Origin: Candidatus Algichlamydia australiensis
GTDB taxonomy: Bacteria > Chlamydiota > Chlamydiia > Chlamydiales > JAJFMI01
Direction of reading: 5' to 3'
DNA length: 64,000 bases
Assembly: GCA_033977065.1 (NCBI GenBank)
Contig: JAXCHI010000002.1
Span: 358,866 to 422,865 of the forward strand
Shown here one piece after another: positions 1 to 8,915 of the stretch. Position numbers and translations under genes: made by a program. Position 1 is the stretch's first letter; the number at the start of each line of letters is the position of its first letter. The notes beneath the pieces were generated by a model. That model saw only the letters and a list, made by a program, of their open reading frames with translations. It was not told the origin of the DNA and did no database searches.

Positions 1-24
1 GATTAGCTATACTTTGATCTATCT

Positions 25-109
25 GGAAGAGTGGCAGAGTGGCCGAATGCGTCTGTCTTGAAAACAGAAGTGCCGCAAGGTACCGGGGGTTCGAATCCCT
101 CCTCTTCCG
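25..109 (+). tRNA. tRNA-Ser(TGA), long variable arm, CCA not encoded
   Basis: Acceptor stem GGAAGAG/CTCTTCC plus G discriminator; anticodon arm TCTGT-CTTGAAA-ACAGA; variable arm GTGCC-GCAA-GGTAC; T-loop GGTTCGAATCC. Confidence 0.96.
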
Positions 110-702
110 AATTTATCGATACAATCTTCAATAATAAAATTGTGATACATGCGAATTTGGGATGAGAACCCAAGGGGTTCGACGGCCAGCATTGCTGGAC
201 GGGGCTTTCGAACGAAGAGAGAAAGAGCCCGAAGGGCCGGAGGACGTAGTCCGTAGCCAATCCCTCCTCTTCCGAATTTATCGATACAATCTTCAATAAT
301 AAAATTGTGATACATGCGAATTTGGGATGAGAACCCAAGGGGTTCGACGGCCAGCATTGCTGGACGGGGCTTTCGAACGAAGAGAGAAAGAGCCCGAAGG
401 GCCGGAGGACGTAGTCCGTAGCCAATCCCTCCTCTTCCGAATTTATCGATACAATCTTCAATAATAAAATTGTGATACATGCGAATTTGGGATGAGAACC
501 CAAGGGGTTCGACGGCCAGCAATGCTGGACGGGGCTTTCGAACGAAGAGAGAAAGAGCCCGAAGGGCCGGAGGACGTAGTCCGTAGCCAATCCCTCCTCT
601 TCCGAATTTATCGATACAATCTTCAATAAAACAATTAGGATACAGGTAAGCTTGGGATGAGAACCCGTGGGTTCGACGGCCAGCATTGCTGGACGGGGCT
701 TC
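94..702 (+). repeat. tRNA-linked tandem repeat: three near-identical 165-bp units plus a degenerate partial fourth unit
   Basis: AATCCCTCCTCTTCCG (the last 16 nt of the tRNA) recurs at 94, 259, 424 and 589, period 165. Unit 3 differs by one base; unit 4 diverges and stops near 702. Confidence 0.95.
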
Positions 703-921
703 CAAGCTTATGGGAGATCAAAAGACTGCTCACGAGATACTCATTGAGTTTTTTAGAATTTTCGGCTCGACCTATCGGTACAGCAGTTATTCAGTGCTTC
801 CTTAAGGAAGTTATTTAAGAATTATTTATTTTTTGGTATCATTGTTGTCTAAAGGATGTTTTGTATCCTAAAAATCCATTTAATTATAGAATTATAACTA
901 TTTTTATAAAAAGGTTTTTTT

Positions 922-1917
922 ATGAATAAAGAGATAAATATTGAGTTAATAGGTGTTGGAAAATACTTACCTTCAAGAAAGGTTGCAGCTTCTGGAATTG
1001 ATAATACATTAAAAACGAAATTAGGCTGGTCTCTCAATGCAACAGGAGTAAAATATCGTTTCTTTTCAGATGGTGAAACTTCTTCTGAAATGGGTGCTAA
1101 AGCAATAAATGAAGCAATAAAAAACACTAATATTTCCAAATTTGATTTTGACGCACTCGTTAGCGTAGGTGGAACAACACAGCAGCCAATTCCTTGTACA
1201 GCATCATTAATTGCAGCTCAACTTGGCTTAAGAAAAGGATTGATTGCTTTTGATGTTAACGCTACTTGTTTAGGATTTCTTGTTGCACTTGATCTTTTAG
1301 CAAAACAAATTTCTCTTGGCTGTTATAACAGAGTGGCACTTGTTGCTTCTGAAATTGCTTCTGAAGGTCTAAACTGGCAGCAAAAAGAGAGTGCAGCTCT
1401 TTTTGGTGACGGCGCTGCAGCCGTTATTATTGGTCCAGGAAAAAAAGGAGGGAGCAAAATCATTGCAAGCCACTTTGAAACCTATTCTGAAGGTGTAGAG
1501 TTTTGCCAAATTCGCGGTGGTTCCGCAAAGCTACATGCAAAGTATCACTCTAAAGAAAATAGCTCAGAATACTTGTTTGATATGCATGGCTCTAGCTTAT
1601 TTAAGCTGGTCATGAAAAAATTGCCTAGTTTTCTTAAGGATCTTCTTGCGCAAGCAAATCTTGCTTTAAGTGATATTGATCTTGTAATTCCCCACCAAGC
1701 AAGTTTATCTGCTCTGACTTTGTTAAGAAAACGTCTTGGCCTTTCTGAAAAAAAATTCTTTATTAACGTTCACGAGCACGGAAATATTATTTCAGCTTCT
1801 ATTCCATTAGCTTTGCATGATGCACTTAATCAAGATCGAATTCAACGTGGTAATAAAGTTCTGCTTCTAGGTTCTTCAGCAGGAGTCTCTTTAGGAGGAG
1901 TGGTTCTTGAGTATTAG
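922..1917 (+). CDS. 3-oxoacyl-ACP synthase III (FabH/OleA-like condensing enzyme)
   Basis: Cys-His-Asn triad motifs DVNATCLGF, PHQAS and HGNIISAS; FGDGAAA. Confidence 0.9.
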   Translation: MNKEINIELIGVGKYLPSRKVAASGIDNTLKTKLGWSLNATGVKYRFFSDGETSSEMGAKAINEAIKNTNISKFDFDALVSVGGTTQQPIPCTASLIAAQLGLRKGLIAFDVNATCLGFLVALDLLAKQISLGCYNRVALVASEIASEGLNWQQKESAALFGDGAAAVIIGPGKKGGSKIIASHFETYSEGVEFCQIRGGSAKLHAKYHSKENSSEYLFDMHGSSLFKLVMKKLPSFLKDLLAQANLALSDIDLVIPHQASLSALTLLRKRLGLSEKKFFINVHEHGNIISASIPLALHDALNQDRIQRGNKVLLLGSSAGVSLGGVVLEY

Positions 1918-3058
1918 CAAAACCATTCTTATTACTGGAGCTCGAGCTCCAGTTGCGTTAGACTTGGCCCGTTTGTTATCTGCAAGCGGTGCTCGGGTTA
2001 TGGTTGCTGAGACGAGTAAAAAACATTTATGCCGTTTTTCAAATGCAGTAGAGAGGAGTTTTGTGGTTCCTGCTCCCATTTACAGTTCAAAACATTTTAC
2101 AAATGCAATTATTGAACTTGTTAAATGCCATCAAATTGATGTGATTGTACCAATGTGCGAAGAAGTATTCTTTTTAGCAGAAAGGCATAGTGACATTTCT
2201 TCAATTTGTACTCTTCTCTGCGATCCATTATCAAAACTTGAGCCTCTTCATAACAAAGAGAAATTTATTAAATTATTAGAGAATATAGGCTTGCCTTTTC
2301 CTGAAACTGTTTTGTTAACATCTAAAAATGCTGTCAAATCTGCGGCTGAAAGATGGAAAAAAACAGTATTTAAACCAGTCTATTCTCGTTTTGCTCGGCA
2401 AGTAGTAATTTGTGAAGGAGAAAATACAGCTAAGGCAGAGTCTATCATCCCTACAAAAAGTCAACCATGGATCGCTCAAGAATTTATTGAAGGTAGGCGT
2501 CTTTGTTCTTATGGCTTTGCGCGTAATGGCAAGCTCTTAGCCCATGTCACCTATCCTGTAGAATATTGTGTAGGTGAAACGGGATCTGCTCTTGCTTTTA
2601 GAAGTATTGAACATTCACTATCATTTCAATTTGTCCAAAATTTAGTTAAGTTTCTTAATTTTACAGGTCAAATCAGTCTAGATTTTATCGAAAGGCATGA
2701 TGGAACTCTTGTCGCAATTGAATGTAACCCACGAGCAACTAGTGGCCTGCATCTATTCAATTCATCTGACAAACTTCCTTCTGCCATGATTGAAGGTAAG
2801 CATGTCGCATATTTACCTGAAGGTCGAAAAGGACAACTGTTAATTCCTCTGCTTTTATTGGGAGGGATAAAGTTAAAGCCTAAAAAATTATTAAATATAT
2901 TTTTCTTTGGTAGAGATGTAATATTTTCCCTAAAAGATATTTTACCTGCTCTCTTCTCACCCTTGCTTCTGATCTATTACGCTTTGCAAGGATATAGAAA
3001 AAACATGACGATTACAGAGGTATCTACATATGATATCGAATGGAATGGGGGTTTATGA
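1907..3058 (+). CDS. ATP-grasp domain protein
   Basis: N-terminal ILITGAR; HNKEKF, VFKPVYSR, AQEFIEG and IECNPR ATP-grasp motifs; TTG start overlaps the upstream gene. Confidence 0.85.
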   Translation: MSISKTILITGARAPVALDLARLLSASGARVMVAETSKKHLCRFSNAVERSFVVPAPIYSSKHFTNAIIELVKCHQIDVIVPMCEEVFFLAERHSDISSICTLLCDPLSKLEPLHNKEKFIKLLENIGLPFPETVLLTSKNAVKSAAERWKKTVFKPVYSRFARQVVICEGENTAKAESIIPTKSQPWIAQEFIEGRRLCSYGFARNGKLLAHVTYPVEYCVGETGSALAFRSIEHSLSFQFVQNLVKFLNFTGQISLDFIERHDGTLVAIECNPRATSGLHLFNSSDKLPSAMIEGKHVAYLPEGRKGQLLIPLLLLGGIKLKPKKLLNIFFFGRDVIFSLKDILPALFSPLLLIYYALQGYRKNMTITEVSTYDIEWNGGL

Positions 3059-4047
3059 GAGTAGCTGTCACAGGTGCAACGGGTTTTTTAGGACAACAAA
3101 TTGTTGCGAAATTACTAAAGAAAAAGTGTGATGTTATCGCTTTAGGTCGCAATAAAAAAATTGGCTCAAATCTTGGAGAAATGGGCGCAAGGTTTGTGAA
3201 AGCAGACTTAAATTCTTGGAAGGAGATGGCTTGTGCTTTTGATGGTTGTTCTGCTGTCATTCACTCTGCTGCACTCTCTTCCCCATGGGGTTCAAAAAGA
3301 GCTTTTTATGAAGCTAATGTTCTTGGAACTCGAAATGTTTTAAGAGCAATAGAATTTTCTAATGTTCAACGAATCGTCCATATCTCAACTCCAAGCGTAT
3401 ATTTTGATTATACAGATCGTTTGCAGATTTCTGAAGATGAGCAATTACCGCGAAAGATGGTGAATCAATATGCTCGATCAAAGTTGGAAGCTGAAAAAAT
3501 TGTTATGAAGGCTTTTGAGCAAGGGCTTGAGACAATAATCATTAGGCCTCGCGCACTATTCGGCCCTGGCGATACAACTCTTTTTCCTCGACTAATTAAG
3601 GCAAATAATTTGATTGGTATTCCTATTACAAATCCTAAACCAATTTTGACAGACCTGACGTATGTCGAAAACGCAGCAGACGCTGCTTTGCTCTGTTTAA
3701 ACGCTTCTCGAATTTGTTTGGGAAAAGCTTATAACATTACAGATGGGGAGCCCACTTCATTAGAAGAGCTCCTCAAAGGCCTATTTTCTTCGTTGAATGT
3801 TTTTTTTCGTAAGCGACGAGTCCCATACTCACTTGCATTTGGTTTGGCTCTTTTTTCGGAAGGAATTGGAACTTTGATTGGCAAAGAACCAAGTTTAACA
3901 AGATATGGAATAGGGGTTCTTAGTAGGAGCATGACCCTCGATATATCACGAGCCAAAATGGAACTTGGGTACCATCCACAGGTTCGTACTCAAGAAGGGA
4001 TTGCACGCTTCATATGCTGGTGGAAATCGGGTGGTGCTAATGGTTAA
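3055..4047 (+). CDS. NAD-dependent epimerase/dehydratase (extended SDR, 3-beta-HSD/OleD-like)
   Basis: VTGATGFLG, YARSK (YxxxK), IRPRALFGPGD; ATGA overlap at 3055-3058 supports this start. Confidence 0.9.
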   Translation: MRVAVTGATGFLGQQIVAKLLKKKCDVIALGRNKKIGSNLGEMGARFVKADLNSWKEMACAFDGCSAVIHSAALSSPWGSKRAFYEANVLGTRNVLRAIEFSNVQRIVHISTPSVYFDYTDRLQISEDEQLPRKMVNQYARSKLEAEKIVMKAFEQGLETIIIRPRALFGPGDTTLFPRLIKANNLIGIPITNPKPILTDLTYVENAADAALLCLNASRICLGKAYNITDGEPTSLEELLKGLFSSLNVFFRKRRVPYSLAFGLALFSEGIGTLIGKEPSLTRYGIGVLSRSMTLDISRAKMELGYHPQVRTQEGIARFICWWKSGGANG

Positions 4048-4861
4048 AGTTACTCTACTCAATACCGGATACTGCAGAGCTTGGGGGAAAATTGCAGTAA
4101 ATTGTTGGAGCTGGCAGAGACGTTCTTTTCCTGCAATAGTAGCTATGATAGAGCATCCAAAAGAAGGAATTATTTTATTTGATACTGGTTACAGTGAGTC
4201 ATTTTTTTCTGCGACAAAGAAATTTCCTTACCGTTTTTATCGTTGGATTACACCCATATACCATAAGAATCAAGAATCGGTGAAGCATCAGCTTGAAGCT
4301 CGCGGATTTGGAGCTGACGATGTGCGCGCAATTTTTATTTCTCATTTTCATGCAGATCATCTATGTGGACTGTGTGATTTTGATAAGGCTAAGTTCTTTT
4401 GCTCAGGCACATCTGCAAGAGAAATTAAAAACCTTAGAGGAGTTTTTGCTTTGCGAAAAGGGTTCTTACCAGACCTTCTTCCTAATGACTTTTTTACTAG
4501 GACACAATATCTAGAAAATCTTCAGCTAAAAAATGTTGGGATACCCAACTCCCCATTTGAAATGGGAATTGATTTATTTCATGATCGCTCTATTGTAGCT
4601 ATTTTTTTACCAGGTCACGCTCAAGGGCAGATGGGCTTACTTATTGATCAAAAAACATTTCTAATCGCAGATGCCGTGTGGAATTGTGAAGCTGTCAGAA
4701 AGAATATTCCTCCTCATAATCTGGCTCACCTTCTCCATGAGAATAAAAAAGCTTATCTTGAGACATTTAATAAACTGCATCAGCTTTCACGTTCTCATCC
4801 GGAAATACGACTTGTTCCAACGCATTGCCCGTCGGTTTTAGAAAGTAAAGGGGGAGTATGA
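4040..4861 (+). CDS. Metallo-beta-lactamase-fold hydrolase
   Basis: LFDTG, SHFHADH (HxHxDH), PGHA, IADA and PTH metal ligands; ATG at 4040 overlaps the SDR end. Confidence 0.88.
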   Translation: MVKVTLLNTGYCRAWGKIAVNCWSWQRRSFPAIVAMIEHPKEGIILFDTGYSESFFSATKKFPYRFYRWITPIYHKNQESVKHQLEARGFGADDVRAIFISHFHADHLCGLCDFDKAKFFCSGTSAREIKNLRGVFALRKGFLPDLLPNDFFTRTQYLENLQLKNVGIPNSPFEMGIDLFHDRSIVAIFLPGHAQGQMGLLIDQKTFLIADAVWNCEAVRKNIPPHNLAHLLHENKKAYLETFNKLHQLSRSHPEIRLVPTHCPSVLESKGGV

Positions 4862-6186
4862 AAACCCCAATTCTTCCATTTATTTACAGTTATTTTAATG
4901 CCTGTCGCTCTGTAAGAAGATTTCCTTCAAAAAAGGTTTTAAAATCCTGGCAGGAAAAGCAAGTGCAACGCCACTTACACTGGTTAAGAGGGCATTCTCC
5001 CTACTATGCGCAGCGGTTGAAAAGGGTAAACATTTCTGATTGGCGACAACTGGAGACAGTAAGCAAGTCTGAGATGATGGAGAATTTTGATCGGATAAAC
5101 ACAGCTTCATTAAAAAAAGAGAAATTATTAAATTTCGCCCTTGCCAACGAAGAGAGTAGAGACTTTGGAAAAGAGGTGGGCAGATTTACTGTTGGGCTCT
5201 CATCAGGTACATCTGGTAACAAGGGATTATTCGTTGTATCTGAAAAAGAGAGGTCTTGTTGGGCAGGATATATCTTGGCACGCATGTTACCAAGGCCTCT
5301 ATGGCATAAGCAAAGAATTGCTCTTTTTTTACGCTCAGGAGGCCCCCTTTATCAAAGTACAGGTGGAGTGAGAATACAATTCCAATATTTTGATATATTT
5401 AAATCCCTTGATGAGCACTTAGACGCTTTGCAAGAGTATCAGCCTACTCTTATCGTGGGGCCACCATCTGTACTGAAATTTCTCGCTGAAAAAATTTCAG
5501 CTGATAAGCTTTTAATTAAGCCAGAGAAAATCGTTTCAGTAGCTGAAGTATTGGATCCAATTGATCAAATCCGTATTGAGAATGCCTTTGGTTTCCCGAT
5601 TCATCAGGTCTATCAAGCTACTGAAGGGTGCATTGCCTCAACTTGTTCTCATGGTACCCTGCACTTACATGAGGATCTAATGTGCATTGAAAAAGAAGTA
5701 GTTGACCTATCGTTTAATCGCTTCGTACCGATTATCACAGATTTTTCCCGCACTACTCAACCAATTGTGCGATATAGACTAGATGACATTTTAGTTGAGA
5801 AAAAGACCCCATGCCCCTGTGGATCTATATTTACCCAACTTGAAAGCATTGAGGGACGTTGTGATGATACGCTGGTATTTGAATCTAAAGATAAAAATAC
5901 TTGTGTAGCGATTTACCCCGATTTTTTTAGACGATGTGTTGCTTTTTCCTCTAACCAAATATTTGAGTATCGAATTGTCCAAACAAATTTTGACCAGCTA
6001 CTAATCGAGTTTTCTTCCCTTTCTAAGGAACGAGAGAGAATAAAGAAAAAGATCTATAAAGAGTTAGTACAGCTTTTTACTCAAAAAAATGTTGCCATAC
6101 CAGATATAAGCTATTCTTTATGGAAACCGCATCCAGTTCATCAAAAAATGAGGCGTGTGTTTCGGAAATTTGATATTTATGAGTGA
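4858..6186 (+). CDS. Adenylate-forming enzyme (F390 synthetase / PaaK-like family)
   Basis: SSGTSG loop, YQATEG, RYRLDD and EGRCDD motifs; ATGA overlap with the MBL gene. Confidence 0.87.
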   Translation: MKTPILPFIYSYFNACRSVRRFPSKKVLKSWQEKQVQRHLHWLRGHSPYYAQRLKRVNISDWRQLETVSKSEMMENFDRINTASLKKEKLLNFALANEESRDFGKEVGRFTVGLSSGTSGNKGLFVVSEKERSCWAGYILARMLPRPLWHKQRIALFLRSGGPLYQSTGGVRIQFQYFDIFKSLDEHLDALQEYQPTLIVGPPSVLKFLAEKISADKLLIKPEKIVSVAEVLDPIDQIRIENAFGFPIHQVYQATEGCIASTCSHGTLHLHEDLMCIEKEVVDLSFNRFVPIITDFSRTTQPIVRYRLDDILVEKKTPCPCGSIFTQLESIEGRCDDTLVFESKDKNTCVAIYPDFFRRCVAFSSNQIFEYRIVQTNFDQLLIEFSSLSKERERIKKKIYKELVQLFTQKNVAIPDISYSLWKPHPVHQKMRRVFRKFDIYE

Positions 6187-7327
6187 TATTCAGCTTTATT
6201 CATTTGATGAATGCAACACGATTCCATTTCCTTCTACATATGAAGGAGAGTACGCAAGAGGATTTTTTGAAGCATTTATGAAAGAGGGGGCTAAGAAATT
6301 CATCTCAAACATTGAAACGCAAATTTATTGTCTTAAAATCGATGATCACTTTTTCCCCGTAACAGTAAATAAAGCAGAGTATGATAACTCATATGTTACT
6401 TCGCCATTTGGAATCATCAAATACGCTCAAGAAGAATTGAAACGGTTTGACCACTGGTTTCTTACTCCTTTGTTAAAACCAATACTGAGAATAATAGGTA
6501 AATTTTTAAAAAAGGGTAAAATTAATCAAGTTGTTTCAGTCAATAATTGGCTATTGTCTACAAACCTTTATCCTCAAATAATACCAAAACAAATCAGTGA
6601 AGCTGTAGTGCTGCTTCAAAAAAGGTTCCCATCACATTGTATTCTCTGGCGTTCGATAAATCGAACCTATCCTCATAATTTACTAGAACACTTTAAAGAG
6701 CTACCTTGCCGCTTACTTTTTTCTAGGCAAATATATTTTTATAATCCATTTAATAAAAACTCATTAAACTCTAAGCAAAGGTGGAATATCAAAAATGATC
6801 GTAAGTTAATCCAACTTAATGATTATGAAGTTGTAACTGGCGATAAGATAAAAACTGAAGATATACCAAGGATAAAAGAGTTGTATGATCTACTCTACCT
6901 TAAAAAGTATACAGCACTAAATCCACAGTTTACAGAAGAGTTTATTCGTCTAGCTATAGATAAAAAACTTTTGACAATTATCGCCATTCGTAAAAATAGA
7001 AAAATTGATGGGATTATAGGGTATTTCACAAAAGAAAATGTAATGACAACACCCCTTTTAGGATATGATACCGCTTTGCCCCAAAAAGTCGGTCTTTATC
7101 GTATGCTTACTGCCATTTGTATTGATGAGGCGGATCGTAATAGAATTTTACTCCATCATAGTTCTGGAGCCGCCCATTTTAAGAGGGTACGTGGGATGAC
7201 AGCCGACCGTGAGTATACCGCAGTTTTTCATAAACATCTCTTTAAAAGACGCCAGATAATATGGGCTTTACTTACCTCATTTTTTAACAAAGTTGGAGAG
7301 CCAATTCTAACTCAATTTAAGCTTTAA
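6179..7327 (+). CDS. GNAT/FemAB-like acyltransferase-fold protein
   Basis: C-terminal TPLLGYD...GLYRML...HHSSGAAHFKRVRG pattern; overlaps the upstream gene. Confidence 0.65.
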   Translation: MSDIQLYSFDECNTIPFPSTYEGEYARGFFEAFMKEGAKKFISNIETQIYCLKIDDHFFPVTVNKAEYDNSYVTSPFGIIKYAQEELKRFDHWFLTPLLKPILRIIGKFLKKGKINQVVSVNNWLLSTNLYPQIIPKQISEAVVLLQKRFPSHCILWRSINRTYPHNLLEHFKELPCRLLFSRQIYFYNPFNKNSLNSKQRWNIKNDRKLIQLNDYEVVTGDKIKTEDIPRIKELYDLLYLKKYTALNPQFTEEFIRLAIDKKLLTIIAIRKNRKIDGIIGYFTKENVMTTPLLGYDTALPQKVGLYRMLTAICIDEADRNRILLHHSSGAAHFKRVRGMTADREYTAVFHKHLFKRRQIIWALLTSFFNKVGEPILTQFKL

Positions 7328-7374
7328 TATTATTCGCTCAAGTTGCTACCCCTTTCCTATAGAGTAACTTGAGT

Positions 7375-7590
7375 TTATTCTTCCCAGAATTCTTTATGAA
7401 CGGCTACGCCTCTAGTTGAGGTAGAGTCAACAACAGCGATTTTGTGGATATGCAGGGCTTTCATAACGCCTAGGGCCAAGATAGCGTTTGATGCGTCGAC
7501 GCTTGCGAAGGGATTTTTGATTTCTTCATTGCTTTTCCCAGTTGCGGTTTTGAGATATTCGCGCAGATCCTTCCTTTTGATTTCATCTCC
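7375..7590 (-). pseudogene. 3' remnant of a probable Ppx/GppA-like (ASKHA) phosphatase gene
   Basis: Startless open frame GDEIKRKDLREYLK...SNAILALGVMKALHIHKIAVVDSTSTRGVAVHKEFWEE* with an in-frame stop directly upstream; resembles Ppx C-terminal helices. Confidence 0.4.
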
Positions 7591-7679
7591 TTAAGAAGGG
7601 GCCAATTTCAATAAATATTGTATTTAACTTATAATTAATTACTTAAGTACTGCTCTCTAGAAAAAAATATGAAAAATCA

Positions 7680-7739
7680 TTGACAAGCACTAGATTTTCC
7701 TGGAAAATCTAGTGTATAGACTAGATATTCTGGAAAACT
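7680..7739 (+). promoter_or_regulatory. Sigma70-type promoter overlapped by a palindromic operator
   Basis: TTGACA at 7680-7685; perfect 13-bp inverted repeat CACTAGATTTTCC-T-GGAAAATCTAGTG at 7688-7714; degenerate second copy CTAGATATTCTGGAAAACTA running into the ATG. Confidence 0.6.
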
Positions 7740-8915
7740 ATGATTACAAGGTTATTAAAAGAAAAGTTAGATAGAGCATTGTCTAGAGGAAAGAGCGTGT
7801 TGCTTTTAGGTCCTCGTCAAACAGGTAAGACAACTTTAATTAAGAAGTATAAAGCTGATTTAGTAATCACGCTTTTGCTGTCTAAAGTAAGAAGGCGATA
7901 TGAAGTAGACCCCGACCAATTAATTCGAGAAGTACAGGCTTTGCATAAGAAAAATGGCAAACCGCCTTTGATTATTATCGATGAAGTACAAAAAGTACCT
8001 CCTCTTATGGATGGAGTTCAGTATTTAATTGACGAAAACTTGGGGCAATTTATTCTTACTGGGTCTTCTGCACGAAAATTACGTACAGGTCAACATGTGA
8101 ATCTTCTTCCAGGACGCGTTATTCAAATGCGTCTTGATCCATTTACTATAAATGAGTTCATGCATGAGAGTATTGAAGAGTATTTAAAGTATGGTTCGCT
8201 TCCTGCAATCTCATTAGAAAAAGATTCGACAAATCGAGAAGAAGAATTAGATTCTTATGTGGATTTATATCTTGAGGATGAAGTTCGCGCTGAAGCACTG
8301 GTGCGCGACATCGGTTCATTTGAAAATTTTTTGCGATTGGCAGCAATAGAATCTGGAAATATTGTCAATTTCGGAAAAATTTCCCAAGATGTAGGAGTAG
8401 CGAGTAGTACAATTTCTGCTTACTACCAAATTTTAGAAGATTGCCTTATTGTCGAGCGCATCGAGCCTTATACAGAAAGTGTAATACGCAAGAAATTAAT
8501 TCGTTCTCCTATTTATCTTTTTTTCGATTTGGGTCTGCGTCGATTGGCTGCTGCAGAACAAGCTGTTTTGCCTCAAAAGCATTTGGGAGCTTTATTTGAG
8601 CAATTTATTGGTCTAGAGCTTGTTCGCTGGGCGCGTTTACAGAAGAAAAAGATTTCCATACATTTTTGGCGGGACGCTAATGGCCCTGAAGTAGATTGGG
8701 TTGTTAAATGTGGAGAGTCGCTCATTCCTATAGAAGTCAAATGGACAGAAGCACCTTCACCTCGAGATGCAAAGCATCTTGAACTTTTTTTAAGAGAGTA
8801 TCCCGAAGCAAAAAAAGCATTTGTTGTTTGTAGAGTAGACAGGCCACAACAGTTGAAAGAGGGAATTCAAGCTATTTCATGGAAAAAACTCTATGAGGTA
8901 CTTCAACTGGAATAG
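7740..8915 (+). CDS. AAA_14 ATPase with DUF4143 and C-terminal nuclease-like domain
   Basis: Walker A GPRQTGKT, Walker B IIIDEVQ, FILTGSS, FFDLG, EVDWV...IEVK. Confidence 0.9.
   Translation: MITRLLKEKLDRALSRGKSVLLLGPRQTGKTTLIKKYKADLVITLLLSKVRRRYEVDPDQLIREVQALHKKNGKPPLIIIDEVQKVPPLMDGVQYLIDENLGQFILTGSSARKLRTGQHVNLLPGRVIQMRLDPFTINEFMHESIEEYLKYGSLPAISLEKDSTNREEELDSYVDLYLEDEVRAEALVRDIGSFENFLRLAAIESGNIVNFGKISQDVGVASSTISAYYQILEDCLIVERIEPYTESVIRKKLIRSPIYLFFDLGLRRLAAAEQAVLPQKHLGALFEQFIGLELVRWARLQKKKISIHFWRDANGPEVDWVVKCGESLIPIEVKWTEAPSPRDAKHLELFLREYPEAKKAFVVCRVDRPQQLKEGIQAISWKKLYEVLQLE

Noticed and set aside
94..702. CRISPR array
   Set aside because: Whole units are identical, with no unique spacers, and there are no cas genes in the window.
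3..705. Two long minus-strand ORFs with 55-aa repeats
   Set aside because: They run antisense through the tRNA and stay open only because the 165-bp unit is a multiple of three; no RBS or protein-like features.
8872..8915. Convergent overlap as proof that menH was truncated by the island
   Set aside because: GHAIPVEVP still resembles a normal MenH end, and short convergent overlaps recur elsewhere in the window.
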